This document shows, in pieces, positions 19,948-29,868 of a DNA stretch of 64,000 nucleotides. This stretch comes from Pseudomonadota bacterium (GTDB lineage Bacteria; Bdellovibrionota; Bdellovibrionia; Bdellovibrionales; SG-bin7). The position numbers were made by a program, and so were the translations under genes. Location of the stretch: positions 64,001-128,000 of the forward strand of contig JAWXAY010000029.1 in NCBI GenBank assembly GCA_034439715.1, given 5' to 3'. Position 1 is the stretch's first letter; the number at the start of each line of letters is the position of its first letter. A model generated the notes under the pieces. The model was not told the DNA's origin. It saw nothing but the letters and a program-made list of their open reading frames with translations, and made no database searches.

Positions 19948-20009
19948 TAGTAAAAATTTTCTCGTAAGGTGGCGGCTTTGTCCACAGATTCTCTTTAGAA
20001 ATTATAAGT

Positions 20010-20312
20010 TTAGACATGCCTGTCTAGATTTTGCCCGACGTTTTGCCCGCCAGTCCCATGGAGCGCTAACATTTTTTGATAAATCTCGATAAATTTTCGC
20101 CTTTGGGTTTGGTCGCGGTAACCATAAATTTTTGCAATAACACGACCAAGGCCTTGTTTGACCTCCCGCTCGGATTCATCGCCCACTAAATTGTTTTCTT
20201 TTTGGTTGGGTAGCACGGCACGAATAAAAACCGGCTTGGGTTTATCGAAGGGTATAGTGCTCGCTTCAAACGAGTCTATCGGAGATGTCGGAACAGCCGA
20301 CATAATTTTCAC
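20010..20312 (-). CDS. Hypothetical protein
   Basis: 100-aa ORF with GAGGTG SD; C-terminal GQNLDRHV. Confidence 0.55.
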   Translation of the reverse strand: MKIMSAVPTSPIDSFEASTIPFDKPKPVFIRAVLPNQKENNLVGDESEREVKQGLGRVIAKIYGYRDQTQRRKFIEIYQKMLALHGTGGQNVGQNLDRHV

Positions 20313-20432
20313 CTATCACCTCAATTCTCACTAACGTACTACTTAGGTCTAGGTAAGATTATAAATGACAAGAGACAGAATGCCCATTTTATCTCACAAC
20401 AAGCATTTAATTGTATCAATGTGATACTTATT

Positions 20433-21317
20433 TTAAAAAAGAGATTTTAGATCGCTGTTAGATTTGATTTTTAAAACGCGTTTGTCGATTTTGGCTTTGG
20501 CTTCTGACTCTAATAGCGAGCGGGCTTCGGCCCGCAGGCGTGAGGGTTTTGTTCGCTCACTTATTAAATTTATTTCTGATTTTTTTTGAATCATAGTTTC
20601 CACCAAATCGGCAACCCCTTTACTTTCTGTCGCCACAGTTGAAAAAACTTTTACCTTTTTAGGTGACATTGATAACTCAAAGGATTGCTTTAGCTCACTC
20701 ACCATTGTGTCCGCACCAGGACGATCTGACTTATTCACGACAAAAAGATCGGCGATTTCGAGCAAACCTGCCTTAAGTGCTTGAATGGAATCTCCCGATT
20801 CAGGAACCAAAACGATTGTCACCAGATCGGCCACATTCATAATTTCAAGTTCAGTTTGTCCAACACCGACAGTTTCAACTATTACTACATCAAAACCAAA
20901 GTGGTCGTACGCTCTTAACATTAAATAAACGGCAGCGCTGAGGCCACCGTGAAATCCTCGCGAGGCCACAGAGCGTATAAATACCTTGTCATCATTGAAG
21001 TGAGCGTGGGCACGAATGCGGTCTCCTAGTATTGCGCCCTGAGTGAAGGGGCTCGACGGATCAACTGCGATCACACCCACAGACATGTTACGAATGCGAA
21101 ATTCGCTGATTAGCGCTGACAATAACGTCGATTTACCCGCTCCCGGCGGGCCTGTAAGGCCTATTCGGAATGAATGCTTTTTAGGTGTTAAAAGCTCTTT
21201 AGCCTTAAGAGACTTCACTCCCACACGGTCAATATGACTTAGAAGTTTTGCCAAATCCTCATGAGTTTTAGTGAGAGTTACTTTTTTAATTAGGCTGCTC
21301 AGAGTGTCACTGGTCAT
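20433..21317 (-). CDS. meaB: Methylmalonyl-CoA mutase-associated GTPase MeaB/ArgK
   Basis: GLTGPPGAGKST, VDPSSPFTQGAILGDRIR, ETVGVGQ, VNKSD. Confidence 0.92.
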   Translation of the reverse strand: MTSDTLSSLIKKVTLTKTHEDLAKLLSHIDRVGVKSLKAKELLTPKKHSFRIGLTGPPGAGKSTLLSALISEFRIRNMSVGVIAVDPSSPFTQGAILGDRIRAHAHFNDDKVFIRSVASRGFHGGLSAAVYLMLRAYDHFGFDVVIVETVGVGQTELEIMNVADLVTIVLVPESGDSIQALKAGLLEIADLFVVNKSDRPGADTMVSELKQSFELSMSPKKVKVFSTVATESKGVADLVETMIQKKSEINLISERTKPSRLRAEARSLLESEAKAKIDKRVLKIKSNSDLKSLF

Positions 21318-21464
21318 GTCAATTCAGTGTATATTTTAAGTATATGAAAATACAGCATTTTTCCACCTGCGGCCACCCATCGCATGAAAAAGAGACATGG
21401 CATCTGCCGCCTTCCAATGGCTCCTAAAAATTATCAGTTATTTTATATAGTTATGGCCTCCCAT

Positions 21465-21481
21465 TTGGCATGGCACCTGCT
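21465..21481 (+). promoter_or_regulatory. Sigma54 promoter
   Basis: TTGGCATGGCACCTGCT = GG-N10-GC, ~40 bp before ATG 21519. Confidence 0.65.
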
Positions 21482-21518
21482 CTTATTAGGATCAAGAAAG
21501 TAGATTTAAAGGAAAAAT

Positions 21519-22649
21519 ATGGAACAAAGGCGAATACTACAAATAGCATTTATCTTTTTTGCCTGTGGCTTAAGTATCGAATTACTTAAGACACTAGGTA
21601 AAAGTAGCCCGCTTAATATGAAGCCGGCGACAGTAGGTATTAAGCTTGATGACTACGAAGTTCAATTGGGTACCGAGGACGTAACCCTTGAAATGCCAGT
21701 ATTAAAATTAGCAAATAGTTTTTCTGGTTACCAAAAAATCAATGGCATAAAACTAGTTGAGGGAAAGAAAGCAGAAGGCAAAAAAGACGCCAAAAAGGAC
21801 GAACTAAAGAAGCCAGACGAAAATAAGCTAGCCAAAAAGAAAAAGAAGAAAAAGAAGAAAAAAATAGACAGCTTTGAGCCCGAAGACGACACCATCGCAA
21901 AAAAGAACAAAGACAAAAAGGACGAATTTAGTGGTTCAAATGGTCCCAGTAGCTATTTTACGCTTAATGATACGATCGCACCTAACCCACAAGATAAAAA
22001 TAAAAACCTTCCTAAAACTTTGCAGGAATGGGAGAATCTCTTACTCAAAGACCCTTCCTTTGAAGAGGCTAAAAAATTCATAGATCTTTACCGTAGTCGC
22101 GAGGTAAGCGCCGAGGTTTTTTACTCTATCGCCAAGAAAATGCTAGAGGACCAAAGACCTCAGATGCGCCACTTGGGACTATCTTTAATTGATTCCTCCC
22201 CCGGAGCTATGAGTTTTGCAGTGCTTTCTGAGGCTTATTATCAGGAACCAAATAACAGTGCATTTCGCTCAAAGATGGAGCGCCAACTTGTCAGTTATGG
22301 TCGCCCTGAAAGTTTTAATCTTTTGGTGCAAGGTCTTTCTCCTGAAAAAAGCCTGGCCGTCAATTTTACTTCGGTTACGGTTTTAAGCCGTGCCATCGAA
22401 CGCTATAAAGTAGACCAAGCAAGAGTCGCAGCAAATGCAAGTGGAAGTAATTTACCTGCACCCGCTGCAACTCCAATAACGCCCAGCCCTACTTCGAATC
22501 CCGCAGCCACGGTCCGTCCCACTCGTACCCAATCTTTGTTTTCAAGATTTCAGTCACCACTAAAAGCTTTGGTAGCGGAAAACGACCCTAATCTAGCCCC
22601 CTCAGCTGCCCAAGTTTTGAGTCAGATTCTCGCACTATTAAACTCATAG
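21519..22649 (+). CDS. Membrane-anchored hypothetical protein with K10 tract and helical-repeat C-terminus
   Basis: N-terminal hydrophobic segment, Lys-rich linker, AAGGA SD. Confidence 0.75.
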   Translation: MEQRRILQIAFIFFACGLSIELLKTLGKSSPLNMKPATVGIKLDDYEVQLGTEDVTLEMPVLKLANSFSGYQKINGIKLVEGKKAEGKKDAKKDELKKPDENKLAKKKKKKKKKKIDSFEPEDDTIAKKNKDKKDEFSGSNGPSSYFTLNDTIAPNPQDKNKNLPKTLQEWENLLLKDPSFEEAKKFIDLYRSREVSAEVFYSIAKKMLEDQRPQMRHLGLSLIDSSPGAMSFAVLSEAYYQEPNNSAFRSKMERQLVSYGRPESFNLLVQGLSPEKSLAVNFTSVTVLSRAIERYKVDQARVAANASGSNLPAPAATPITPSPTSNPAATVRPTRTQSLFSRFQSPLKALVAENDPNLAPSAAQVLSQILALLNS

Positions 22650-22682
22650 ACAAGTATCTGAATCCAGATAATCATAATTTTT

Positions 22683-23399
22683 ATGCCTCAATTTCTACTT
22701 TTCATTTTACTTTTTTTTAGTCAGACTTTATTTGCCGAAATCAAAATCCCCGTAAATCTTTCGCAATTGGACCGTTTGGAGACTTTACGAATCTTGGGCA
22801 TGGGCACGTCGAGCAAAATCCTATCTGAACCCTACCCCTTAGGAGGTTATTCGGGACTCGAGTTAGGTGTTAGCATTGAGTTTTTAGATCTGACCGATCT
22901 TTCTAGCCTAGGAGCCACCATCCCAGACAAGCAAGAAAACACGACTTACCCAAAACTTTCGTTGGGCAAGGGCCTTTATAACAACATAGACATGTTTTTC
23001 AACTTTACTCCTTACAGCAAAAACTCTGGTCTTTCGCAGTACGGAGGAATGATCCGCTGGGGATTTTATCAATCGCCCTACGTGCCCACCTGTCTGTCAC
23101 TTTTAGTTCATGGCAATGCTACCAATGTTTCACAGAATATTTTTTCGCAGTCATTTGGTGTGGACCTCGTCGCCGGCTTTACTTTAAATTATGTGTCTGT
23201 TTATTTTGGGGGTGGACAGATTGAAAGCCGCGGCCAATTTGTGGGAATAAACTCCTCGAACAATATAGAAACAGAGCATACAAGTTCTGTTCATACATTG
23301 ATGGGTACAATACTAACTTTAGACAAAGTATTTGTGGCCATTGAGCTCGATCGTTACTCTGATGCTATGATATCAGCTAAAATTGGAATCCGAAATTGA
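22683..23399 (+). CDS. Secreted hypothetical, probable small beta-barrel
   Basis: Signal peptide (TLFA-E), beta-strand pattern. Confidence 0.7.
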   Translation: MPQFLLFILLFFSQTLFAEIKIPVNLSQLDRLETLRILGMGTSSKILSEPYPLGGYSGLELGVSIEFLDLTDLSSLGATIPDKQENTTYPKLSLGKGLYNNIDMFFNFTPYSKNSGLSQYGGMIRWGFYQSPYVPTCLSLLVHGNATNVSQNIFSQSFGVDLVAGFTLNYVSVYFGGGQIESRGQFVGINSSNNIETEHTSSVHTLMGTILTLDKVFVAIELDRYSDAMISAKIGIRN

Positions 23400-23896
23400 T
23401 CCAATAAACTCAGGCCACTTTTGTAGCGAAGAAATGTAAAAACGGGAGTGTGCAAATCCTCCCCCTTTTTATAGGGGTCAAAATCGATGTTAATTTTTTC
23501 GTTAAAATTCTCCATACTATCTGGAATCTCTATAACCAGTTTGTGCACTCTCGCTTCGTTTATGTCGGTAATGAGAATTTTCACCTGGTACCATACAGCA
23601 GACGTGTAAACCGCTTTTGCAAGTGTAACATCCATGGAATATGGTTTGCCGCCACGCTCTGCATGCTGCGACCAATTTCCGCTATACATATGTGGATCGG
23701 ATCCGCCAATATCTTTGAGTTCGATGGAATAATCCAATGGTACTCGAGGATAAGGAAAATCCTCACACTCGTCAGCTGGGGTATCTGGAGGGCAGACAAA
23801 GATTTGCAAAGAAGACCTAAAGTAATGAGTCTCCAGTGCCTGCGCAAAGTTAGAAAAAAATACCGTTACAAAAATGCCAATTATTAATTTTTTCAT
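23354..23896 (-). CDS. Secreted hypothetical protein
   Basis: MKKLIIGIFVTVFFSNFAQA signal peptide; ATGA overlap with the histone gene. Confidence 0.7.
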   Translation of the reverse strand: MKKLIIGIFVTVFFSNFAQALETHYFRSSLQIFVCPPDTPADECEDFPYPRVPLDYSIELKDIGGSDPHMYSGNWSQHAERGGKPYSMDVTLAKAVYTSAVWYQVKILITDINEARVHKLVIEIPDSMENFNEKINIDFDPYKKGEDLHTPVFTFLRYKSGLSLLDQFRIPILADIIASE

Positions 23897-24324
23897 TCGA
23901 AATCCCTTTCTAAAACAGTTTTTCTGCCTTCTTCGCGCGCCTTATCGATAGCATCGTTGCAAATCCGGCGGACTTTCTCGGACAAAATATCCATTATTTT
24001 ATCCGACGTATTCATATCAGCTCGTTCCTTAATATAAGATTTTACCTTTGTAACAACTACCAGGGGTTCATGAATGGGACGCATACTCGCAATTTGGCTT
24101 GCGCCCGCTACTACCCGCCGGGGGGCCTTTCGTTCCTCAGCCCACGAATCTTTATGTTTCATAATCGGCACATGGGCATCCCAACAGGCCACACTACAAA
24201 ATACAAAACCCGTGCGCGTTTGATTACAAGTGGTTACGTTACAGACAAAATAAGCTTCACCGAATCCGATGTTTTTTTTACAGGTGTTGCATTTTTTCCA
24301 AAAATTATTTCCATTTTCAATCAA
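23893..24324 (-). CDS. Bacterial histone: N-terminal Cys/His Zn-finger plus C-terminal histone fold (Bd3044-like)
   Basis: LVVVTKVKSYIKERADMNTS...LSEKVRRIC..AIDKAREEGRKTVLERDF resembles the Bdellovibrio Bd0055 histone; CxxC..C..C..CSxxCWDAH. Confidence 0.88.
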   Translation of the reverse strand: MIENGNNFWKKCNTCKKNIGFGEAYFVCNVTTCNQTRTGFVFCSVACWDAHVPIMKHKDSWAEERKAPRRVVAGASQIASMRPIHEPLVVVTKVKSYIKERADMNTSDKIMDILSEKVRRICNDAIDKAREEGRKTVLERDFE

Positions 24325-24788
24325 AGTTTTCTCACTTTTTCTATAATGGCGGATGACGACTTGCCTTCGACAAACGGAAGGGACTTAATTAACCCTCCAC
24401 GAGACTTTACGAAGTCAGCCCCTACTATCTTATCGACAGGCCAGTCTCCACCTTTAACTAAGATATCAGGTTCTAGTTTTTTGATCAGGTCTTTGGGTGT
24501 GTCCTCGCCAAAGACCACGACATAGTCCACACTGACAAGCGCCGCTAGAATCTTGGCGCGATCTTCTTCGCATTGAATCGGACGTGTGGGTCCCTTTAAG
24601 GATTTAACACTTTCGTCAGAGTTGATGCCGACGACCAGGATATCGCCCAAGGCCTTTGCTGCATCAAGATAAGTGACATGTCCTGCATGAAGAATATCAA
24701 AACAACCATTGGTAAAAATAACTTTTTTATTTTTTCTCTTTTGAGTTAGGGCTATTTGTAGGTCTTGGAGATTTAATACTTGTCCCAC
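24321..24788 (-). CDS. rfaE2: D-glycero-beta-D-manno-heptose 1-phosphate adenylyltransferase (HldE domain II)
   Basis: FTNGCFDILHAGH, GINSDESV..LKGPTRP, VKGGDW. Confidence 0.93.
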   Translation of the reverse strand: MGQVLNLQDLQIALTQKRKNKKVIFTNGCFDILHAGHVTYLDAAKALGDILVVGINSDESVKSLKGPTRPIQCEEDRAKILAALVSVDYVVVFGEDTPKDLIKKLEPDILVKGGDWPVDKIVGADFVKSRGGLIKSLPFVEGKSSSAIIEKVRKL

Positions 24789-24793
24789 GATAA

Positions 24794-25483
24794 TTAATTA
24801 TTTCGATAGAGCCTAAGGCCTGAAACTCTAGACGCTAGATCGTTGCCTAGGAGCAATGATAAAAAGGGCAAAAGAATAACTCCAGTAAAAGTCACAAATA
24901 GAGATCGGGCCAAGACCTTTAAGGGATAGCGGTCGTCCTGCTGATCACTCGGCGTTCCCAATTGAATATCAAATGCCCATTCACCAAGAGTTTGGCCGCA
25001 AAAGGTTCTGGCGATCACAATATAAAGTTGCGAGATGGCTACATATAGCACCACCAGACTCACTTGATTGGTTAAATATATACTGGTCGCACGCACGATG
25101 CTCAAAATGTCGATGCGGGTTACAAAAACGAGCGCAATTAAAAAAATCAAAGAGATGGCAAAAGAAAAAATGGCATCAAACATCATTGCCGGAAAACTAG
25201 CGGCCACAACCGGGTAAGTAATCTTAGGTTTGGGCTTTTCTAAAATTACCGAATTAAGCTGGCTCTTAAATTGGCTGCGAATAGCGTCAGACACAGTTTT
25301 TTCAGGGGTGATGCCCATAAGTTCTTTTTCAATAAGGCTTTTTGGAACTGTGGGCATATCATAACCCATTTGGGTTTTTGCAATTCGACTTTCTTCAATT
25401 TCTTTTTTTATATTTTGAGCTCTTTTGTTGAAACCTAATCCCTCAGTCAGCGGCTTGAACTCAAACTCATCTATAAAATCCAT
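24794..25483 (-). CDS. RDD family membrane protein
   Basis: Transmembrane helices, GQTLG, ARSL motif; N-terminal FKPLTEGLGF. Confidence 0.75.
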   Translation of the reverse strand: MDFIDEFEFKPLTEGLGFNKRAQNIKKEIEESRIAKTQMGYDMPTVPKSLIEKELMGITPEKTVSDAIRSQFKSQLNSVILEKPKPKITYPVVAASFPAMMFDAIFSFAISLIFLIALVFVTRIDILSIVRATSIYLTNQVSLVVLYVAISQLYIVIARTFCGQTLGEWAFDIQLGTPSDQQDDRYPLKVLARSLFVTFTGVILLPFLSLLLGNDLASRVSGLRLYRNN

Positions 25484-25491
25484 TTTGGCTC

Positions 25492-26244
25492 CTACTGCAT
25501 AAGATTACATTCGTACTTTATGATGCTAACTAAAGCTAAGCAAGCCGTTTCCACCCGCAGAACTTGTTCTCCGAGAGTTATCGGTTCTAAACCGCTAGCT
25601 TTAAAAACTTCCACTTCTTGTTTTGAAAATCCGCCTTCACTGCCTACAAAAAGCCACACATTTTTGAGGGCTTTGTTGTTACTTGAGGTCAAAACCTGTT
25701 TGACATTGCGCTCGCAATGCCCCTCAAAAGCAAATAGACCCATGGCAGCATCAGATTGGTTAAATCCTTTGATAATTTCTTCAAGTTTTATGGGTTCTGG
25801 AGTCGCCATCAGTTCAGAGCGCCCACATTGCTGCGTGGCCATTTTAACTATTTTTTCCCAACGTTTTTGTTTTCCGTTGAGCGCGTCATTCGGCTTTCGA
25901 AAGTAACTGTGTTCAGAGAAAAATGGCAACAAAGTAGAAACGCCGAGTTCCACCGATTTTTCCAAAATAGTTTCAAATGTCTGTAATTTTGGCAAAGATA
26001 TGGCTAAACTAATATGGGGAAGCGCTAGCGAGGAGATTTCTCGCTTGCTTAATACAGTGGCTTTTGCTTCTCTTTTTTTTAGTTCAACGATCTCAACCAA
26101 CAAGGCAACGTCGCCTTGGCCCAAAATTTCAAATCGATCTTTCATGCCTTGGCGACATACTCCACAAATATGATGAAAGCTCTCACCCTGGATTACTACG
26201 AAATCTTCTTTGATATCTTGGGGCTCAAGCCAATAGCGACGCAT
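25492..26244 (-). CDS. rsmE: 16S rRNA (uracil1498-N3) methyltransferase
   Basis: EKSVELGV, QQCGR, VGSEGGFS, LGEQVLRVETA. Confidence 0.95.
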   Translation of the reverse strand: MRRYWLEPQDIKEDFVVIQGESFHHICGVCRQGMKDRFEILGQGDVALLVEIVELKKREAKATVLSKREISSLALPHISLAISLPKLQTFETILEKSVELGVSTLLPFFSEHSYFRKPNDALNGKQKRWEKIVKMATQQCGRSELMATPEPIKLEEIIKGFNQSDAAMGLFAFEGHCERNVKQVLTSSNNKALKNVWLFVGSEGGFSKQEVEVFKASGLEPITLGEQVLRVETACLALVSIIKYECNLMQ

Positions 26245-27112
26245 AAAAACTAACCCAATCCCCTTTGGTTCTTGTTGCGATAAGCTTTAGACCGGTGTGG
26301 GCAAAAAAATTTTCACAAAACTCTTTTTCTTCTTCTTTCAGAACGCCGGTAAGGATGATTCCTCCGCCCGGCTCAATGGCCCTAATTAGGCTCGGTTTCA
26401 AATCTAAGAGTACTCCACTCACTATGTTCGCGACCACTAAATCAAATTTCTCACTAATTTTTTCGATGGGTCTAGCTGAAAATACAATATTTTCAAAATA
26501 ATTAAGGGCGATGTTTTCGCGCGAAACTCTTAGGCACTCAGGATCAATATCAATTCCCAATACCTTTTCCGCTCCGAGCGAGCTAGCAAGCATGGCCAAA
26601 ACCCCAGTGCCAGTGCCCACATCTAGAACCGATTTAGGATGTTTTTGCGAACGGTATACACATAGTATGAGTTCGGCTGCCATTTGTGTCGTTTCGTGAG
26701 TCCCTGTGCCAAAAGCCATTCCCGGATCTATGCGAAAAAAGCGTCGGGCCACCTTCGGCGCCTCATGCCAACTCGGCACGATCCAGTAAGGATCAGCGAA
26801 TAAAAACGGTTTAAAATTTTCTTTCCAGTTGGCTAACCAATCTTGGGTTTCGAGTTCAGAAATTGAGGCTTGCACATGCGGAAAGCCTTGTTGCAATTTT
26901 AAGAAAAAGTCTTCGTTAGGACGGGAACTAAAATAGACCACCATCTGCTTTGAATGATCTTCGAGAATGGTCGGCCGATATTTTAGTGACTTTTGCTCAA
27001 AGGGGACATCCTCTGACGTTCCTAAGCATCCCATTGCAAAGCAAAAGGCCGATAGCAAGTCCTTTTCACGACTGTAAACGGGATTTAAATTTATTTCACA
27101 ATAGGTCTTCAC
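26225..27112 (-). CDS. prmA: Ribosomal protein L11 methyltransferase
   Basis: DWLANWK, IDPGMAFGTGTHETT, LDVGTGTG, VANI. Confidence 0.95.
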   Translation of the reverse strand: MKTYCEINLNPVYSREKDLLSAFCFAMGCLGTSEDVPFEQKSLKYRPTILEDHSKQMVVYFSSRPNEDFFLKLQQGFPHVQASISELETQDWLANWKENFKPFLFADPYWIVPSWHEAPKVARRFFRIDPGMAFGTGTHETTQMAAELILCVYRSQKHPKSVLDVGTGTGVLAMLASSLGAEKVLGIDIDPECLRVSRENIALNYFENIVFSARPIEKISEKFDLVVANIVSGVLLDLKPSLIRAIEPGGGIILTGVLKEEEKEFCENFFAHTGLKLIATRTKGDWVSFYASLLA

Positions 27113-27666
27113 TACAGACTGGGTTTACCAACTGTGGTAGCGACTGGCAAGCCAGAAGGTTTAGCTTCTTCTCTTAATTCAGCCTTGAGTTCAATCTTTT
27201 GATCGACCTTAGGGTCTTCTTGTGGCTCTTCACGCTTGGCTTTTTTACCGGGAACGAGTGCCGATCCCATATCGAGGAAATCTCCAACCATGATGCCCTC
27301 AAACTCCAGAATAGGTAGCCCCACTCGGTCAATGGAACTATAGAGGCGTCCCACGCTAAACTCATTCTCGACATGAATGATTTGAATTCGGGCAACGGGA
27401 TTGGTCAGTAATCCTTGCGATTTATTTTTTAAGGTGTCGTGAACCGGGAGGTTTCTGACCACAGTAATGACCATCCCCTTTTGTAGACCCTGTTGAGATC
27501 CACCGGTGACATAGTAATCTTTATAGACAATATCTTCAGACGTTAACGGAATGTTTTTTTGCACTTCAAATACTGAAACTTCGCTAGCGCCAGCGGATGT
27601 CCCCGCAGGTAATTGCAGAACAATCACGAGGCTCAGTGAAAAAAATCCTTTTAAATATAACGACAT
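27112..27666 (-). CDS. Secreted hypothetical protein (possibly FlgT C-terminal-like)
   Basis: Signal peptide after ATG 27666 (GAGGGGG SD); YVTGGSQQGLQKGM...VARIQII. Confidence 0.65.
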   Translation of the reverse strand: MSLYLKGFFSLSLVIVLQLPAGTSAGASEVSVFEVQKNIPLTSEDIVYKDYYVTGGSQQGLQKGMVITVVRNLPVHDTLKNKSQGLLTNPVARIQIIHVENEFSVGRLYSSIDRVGLPILEFEGIMVGDFLDMGSALVPGKKAKREEPQEDPKVDQKIELKAELREEAKPSGLPVATTVGKPSL

Positions 27667-27763
27667 GACAGACCCCCTCTTTCCTTGGTCTATCACCTTC
27701 CTGGTAATTTCTTGTCCAATCCTTGGTAACAATTTCTCGGTTGTCCCTACCTGAGACTTTATC

Positions 27764-29554
27764 TCAAAATCTAAAACTGGCCGTAGGCCCGAAGTTTAAT
27801 TTTCGATAGTTCCTAACCGGAATTTGAACACGCAGTGTTTTACCATTTCTTTCGATCTCAAGGTCTACTCTGGCGCTTTGGCCTAACTGAGCCACCCGTT
27901 GACCTAAATCCCAAGCTGAAAGGATGACCCTTCCGTTCAGCGTTTTAATCACATCCCCAACCTTTAGCCCCAGGTGGGAGATTTGCTGGCGACTTAGTCC
28001 GCTATCAAAATCGATTACTTTCGGACTTCCACCAGCATCAAAAACATGTAGGCCCAGGTCGGGGGAGTTAGACACCGAAAAGTTAAGACCCCTCATCCTC
28101 AACATTTCTCCCATATCTAATTCTTTAGTGGACAACAAATTCTTGACAAAAAAATCTTTTACTTCTCGGCCCATGACCTCATAAATTGTGGAAAAAATTA
28201 TTTCTAACGAAATTTCACGATTATTAATTCCATGCCGATTCCAAAGCAAACTTAAGACGTCCTTAAAGGTCTTTTTTGACCCTAGTTCTAGGGCCATGCC
28301 ATCCATTGCCATCGCCAACAAAGTCGTCTTGCGATAAATGATATCTTCTTTTTGTACTTTCCGTAACGAACTCGAAGTGTCTTCCCACAGACTTTTACTC
28401 GCATCTAGAATTGATACTGATCTCACTGCATCTTGGTTCCAATAGGATTTTTCAATCAAAAATCGAAAAACTTTATTGACGGAACTTTCAGATAACACGC
28501 CGGAATCCAATAGGCTCTTATAGGCCATATAATCGGTGGTACCCTCATAGAACCAAGCCATATTATCTTCGCCCCCATCGAACTCCCAATCAAAACTGTG
28601 AAAAAATTCATGTGCAGCCACATAGAGTGCACGCTCCAAAAATTCTTCTTTGCTTAAATTTCGCATTACCAAAGAATAAGTAGAGTCATGTAAACTCTCA
28701 CCGCCACCTGACCAGCCGGTTATTTCAATTTCTTCGGGGTAAGTATCCACCACCATACTTAAATGTTTGCGATTGTGAGCGCCCATTGACTTTAGCTGCC
28801 AGCTTATAGGAGCTTCCATCGCCTTGAAAAAATCATTGAAGCCCATCTCCCAATCGCCACCTCTAAGCACCTCAAGTCTCACGCCCGAAATCATTGCTTC
28901 TTTTCTTTCCCAATTTCCGACTGCGTAAACGTTGTTATTAATTGCTTCTTTTCTTTCACTAGCTTCAATTTCCTCGCCAATACCACAGATGTTATCTTCT
29001 ACTTGTACTGAGGGGCAAAAAACCTTCCAGCCCTCGGGTAATTCAAAGCGAATCTGAATATTTTCAAAATCACTAGGCAATTGAGCAATCTGAACAAACG
29101 TTTGCATACCTTTTATCGCCGCATGATCTTTTTGAATAATATTAAAAGCAGAGCTTAATTTCCAATATTCCTTGTAGTCGGGAGGACTAACTACGTATTT
29201 TATTTCGAGGGTGCCGGGCTCGATCTCGAGAGCTTCGTATGTCACGCTGGGAACTTTACCTGAAGCGGCAAAAAGATTTACCTTCCGCGACTTGCCGTTG
29301 GTTTTGACATCTACCTGAGAAATTAATTTTGAAAGATCTTCAGCTGTCCCAAAATTAGTGGGCATCATAAATTTGATTTTTGAGTCTCGCCATCCTTCGA
29401 TCACGATCCTGACGTTCACGCGCCTTTCTGGAAAAGCTGAAACACCAACGACATACTCAATGTTGAAAGCCTGACTGGCCAAAGAAAAAACCAAGGAAAA
29501 GCCCAAAGAAAAGAATGATGGTAGGCTTGCGGTAATTTTCAAAAAATCCTCCAT
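27764..29554 (-). CDS. M61 family glycyl aminopeptidase-like metallopeptidase with PDZ domain
   Basis: AHEFFH, WFYEGTTDY, GLKVGDVIKTLNG. Confidence 0.85.
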   Translation of the reverse strand: MEDFLKITASLPSFFSLGFSLVFSLASQAFNIEYVVGVSAFPERRVNVRIVIEGWRDSKIKFMMPTNFGTAEDLSKLISQVDVKTNGKSRKVNLFAASGKVPSVTYEALEIEPGTLEIKYVVSPPDYKEYWKLSSAFNIIQKDHAAIKGMQTFVQIAQLPSDFENIQIRFELPEGWKVFCPSVQVEDNICGIGEEIEASERKEAINNNVYAVGNWERKEAMISGVRLEVLRGGDWEMGFNDFFKAMEAPISWQLKSMGAHNRKHLSMVVDTYPEEIEITGWSGGGESLHDSTYSLVMRNLSKEEFLERALYVAAHEFFHSFDWEFDGGEDNMAWFYEGTTDYMAYKSLLDSGVLSESSVNKVFRFLIEKSYWNQDAVRSVSILDASKSLWEDTSSSLRKVQKEDIIYRKTTLLAMAMDGMALELGSKKTFKDVLSLLWNRHGINNREISLEIIFSTIYEVMGREVKDFFVKNLLSTKELDMGEMLRMRGLNFSVSNSPDLGLHVFDAGGSPKVIDFDSGLSRQQISHLGLKVGDVIKTLNGRVILSAWDLGQRVAQLGQSARVDLEIERNGKTLRVQIPVRNYRKLNFGPTASFRF

Positions 29555-29868
29555 TCCCTAACTTAACAGAATTAACGCGCCACTCCAATAAATTGGGAGG
29601 GCCGAATTTTTCGTGTATAATTTTCAAACTAAGAGATGCGTTCTGACACCATGTTTTTGTCATTTGCTAACTAGTTGCCACTAAAGGTTAAAATCGGTAC
29701 TGATAATTTTTTTTTATTCACTGCATCAAGTATGCTAATTATATATATATTTCAATTTTTAGAGAGAATTAATAGGCATCCTAGAGGTTCGGCACGAATA
29801 TTCCATAGTACTTCAGCGAGAACCAAAAAAGGGACATTAAGTTACCATTAAAATTTAGAGGGGGGAAA

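Noticed and set aside
23450..24525. Long plus-strand ORFs (145 and 151 aa), and similar short antisense ORFs across the window
   Set aside because: Shadow frames opposite well-supported genes, with no motifs.
29665..29706. Sigma54-like (minus) and sigma28-like (plus) motifs between the M61 peptidase and the Pro-rich gene
   Set aside because: The -12 is TAGC rather than TTGC, and the sigma28 spacer is only 13 bp; too weak to call.
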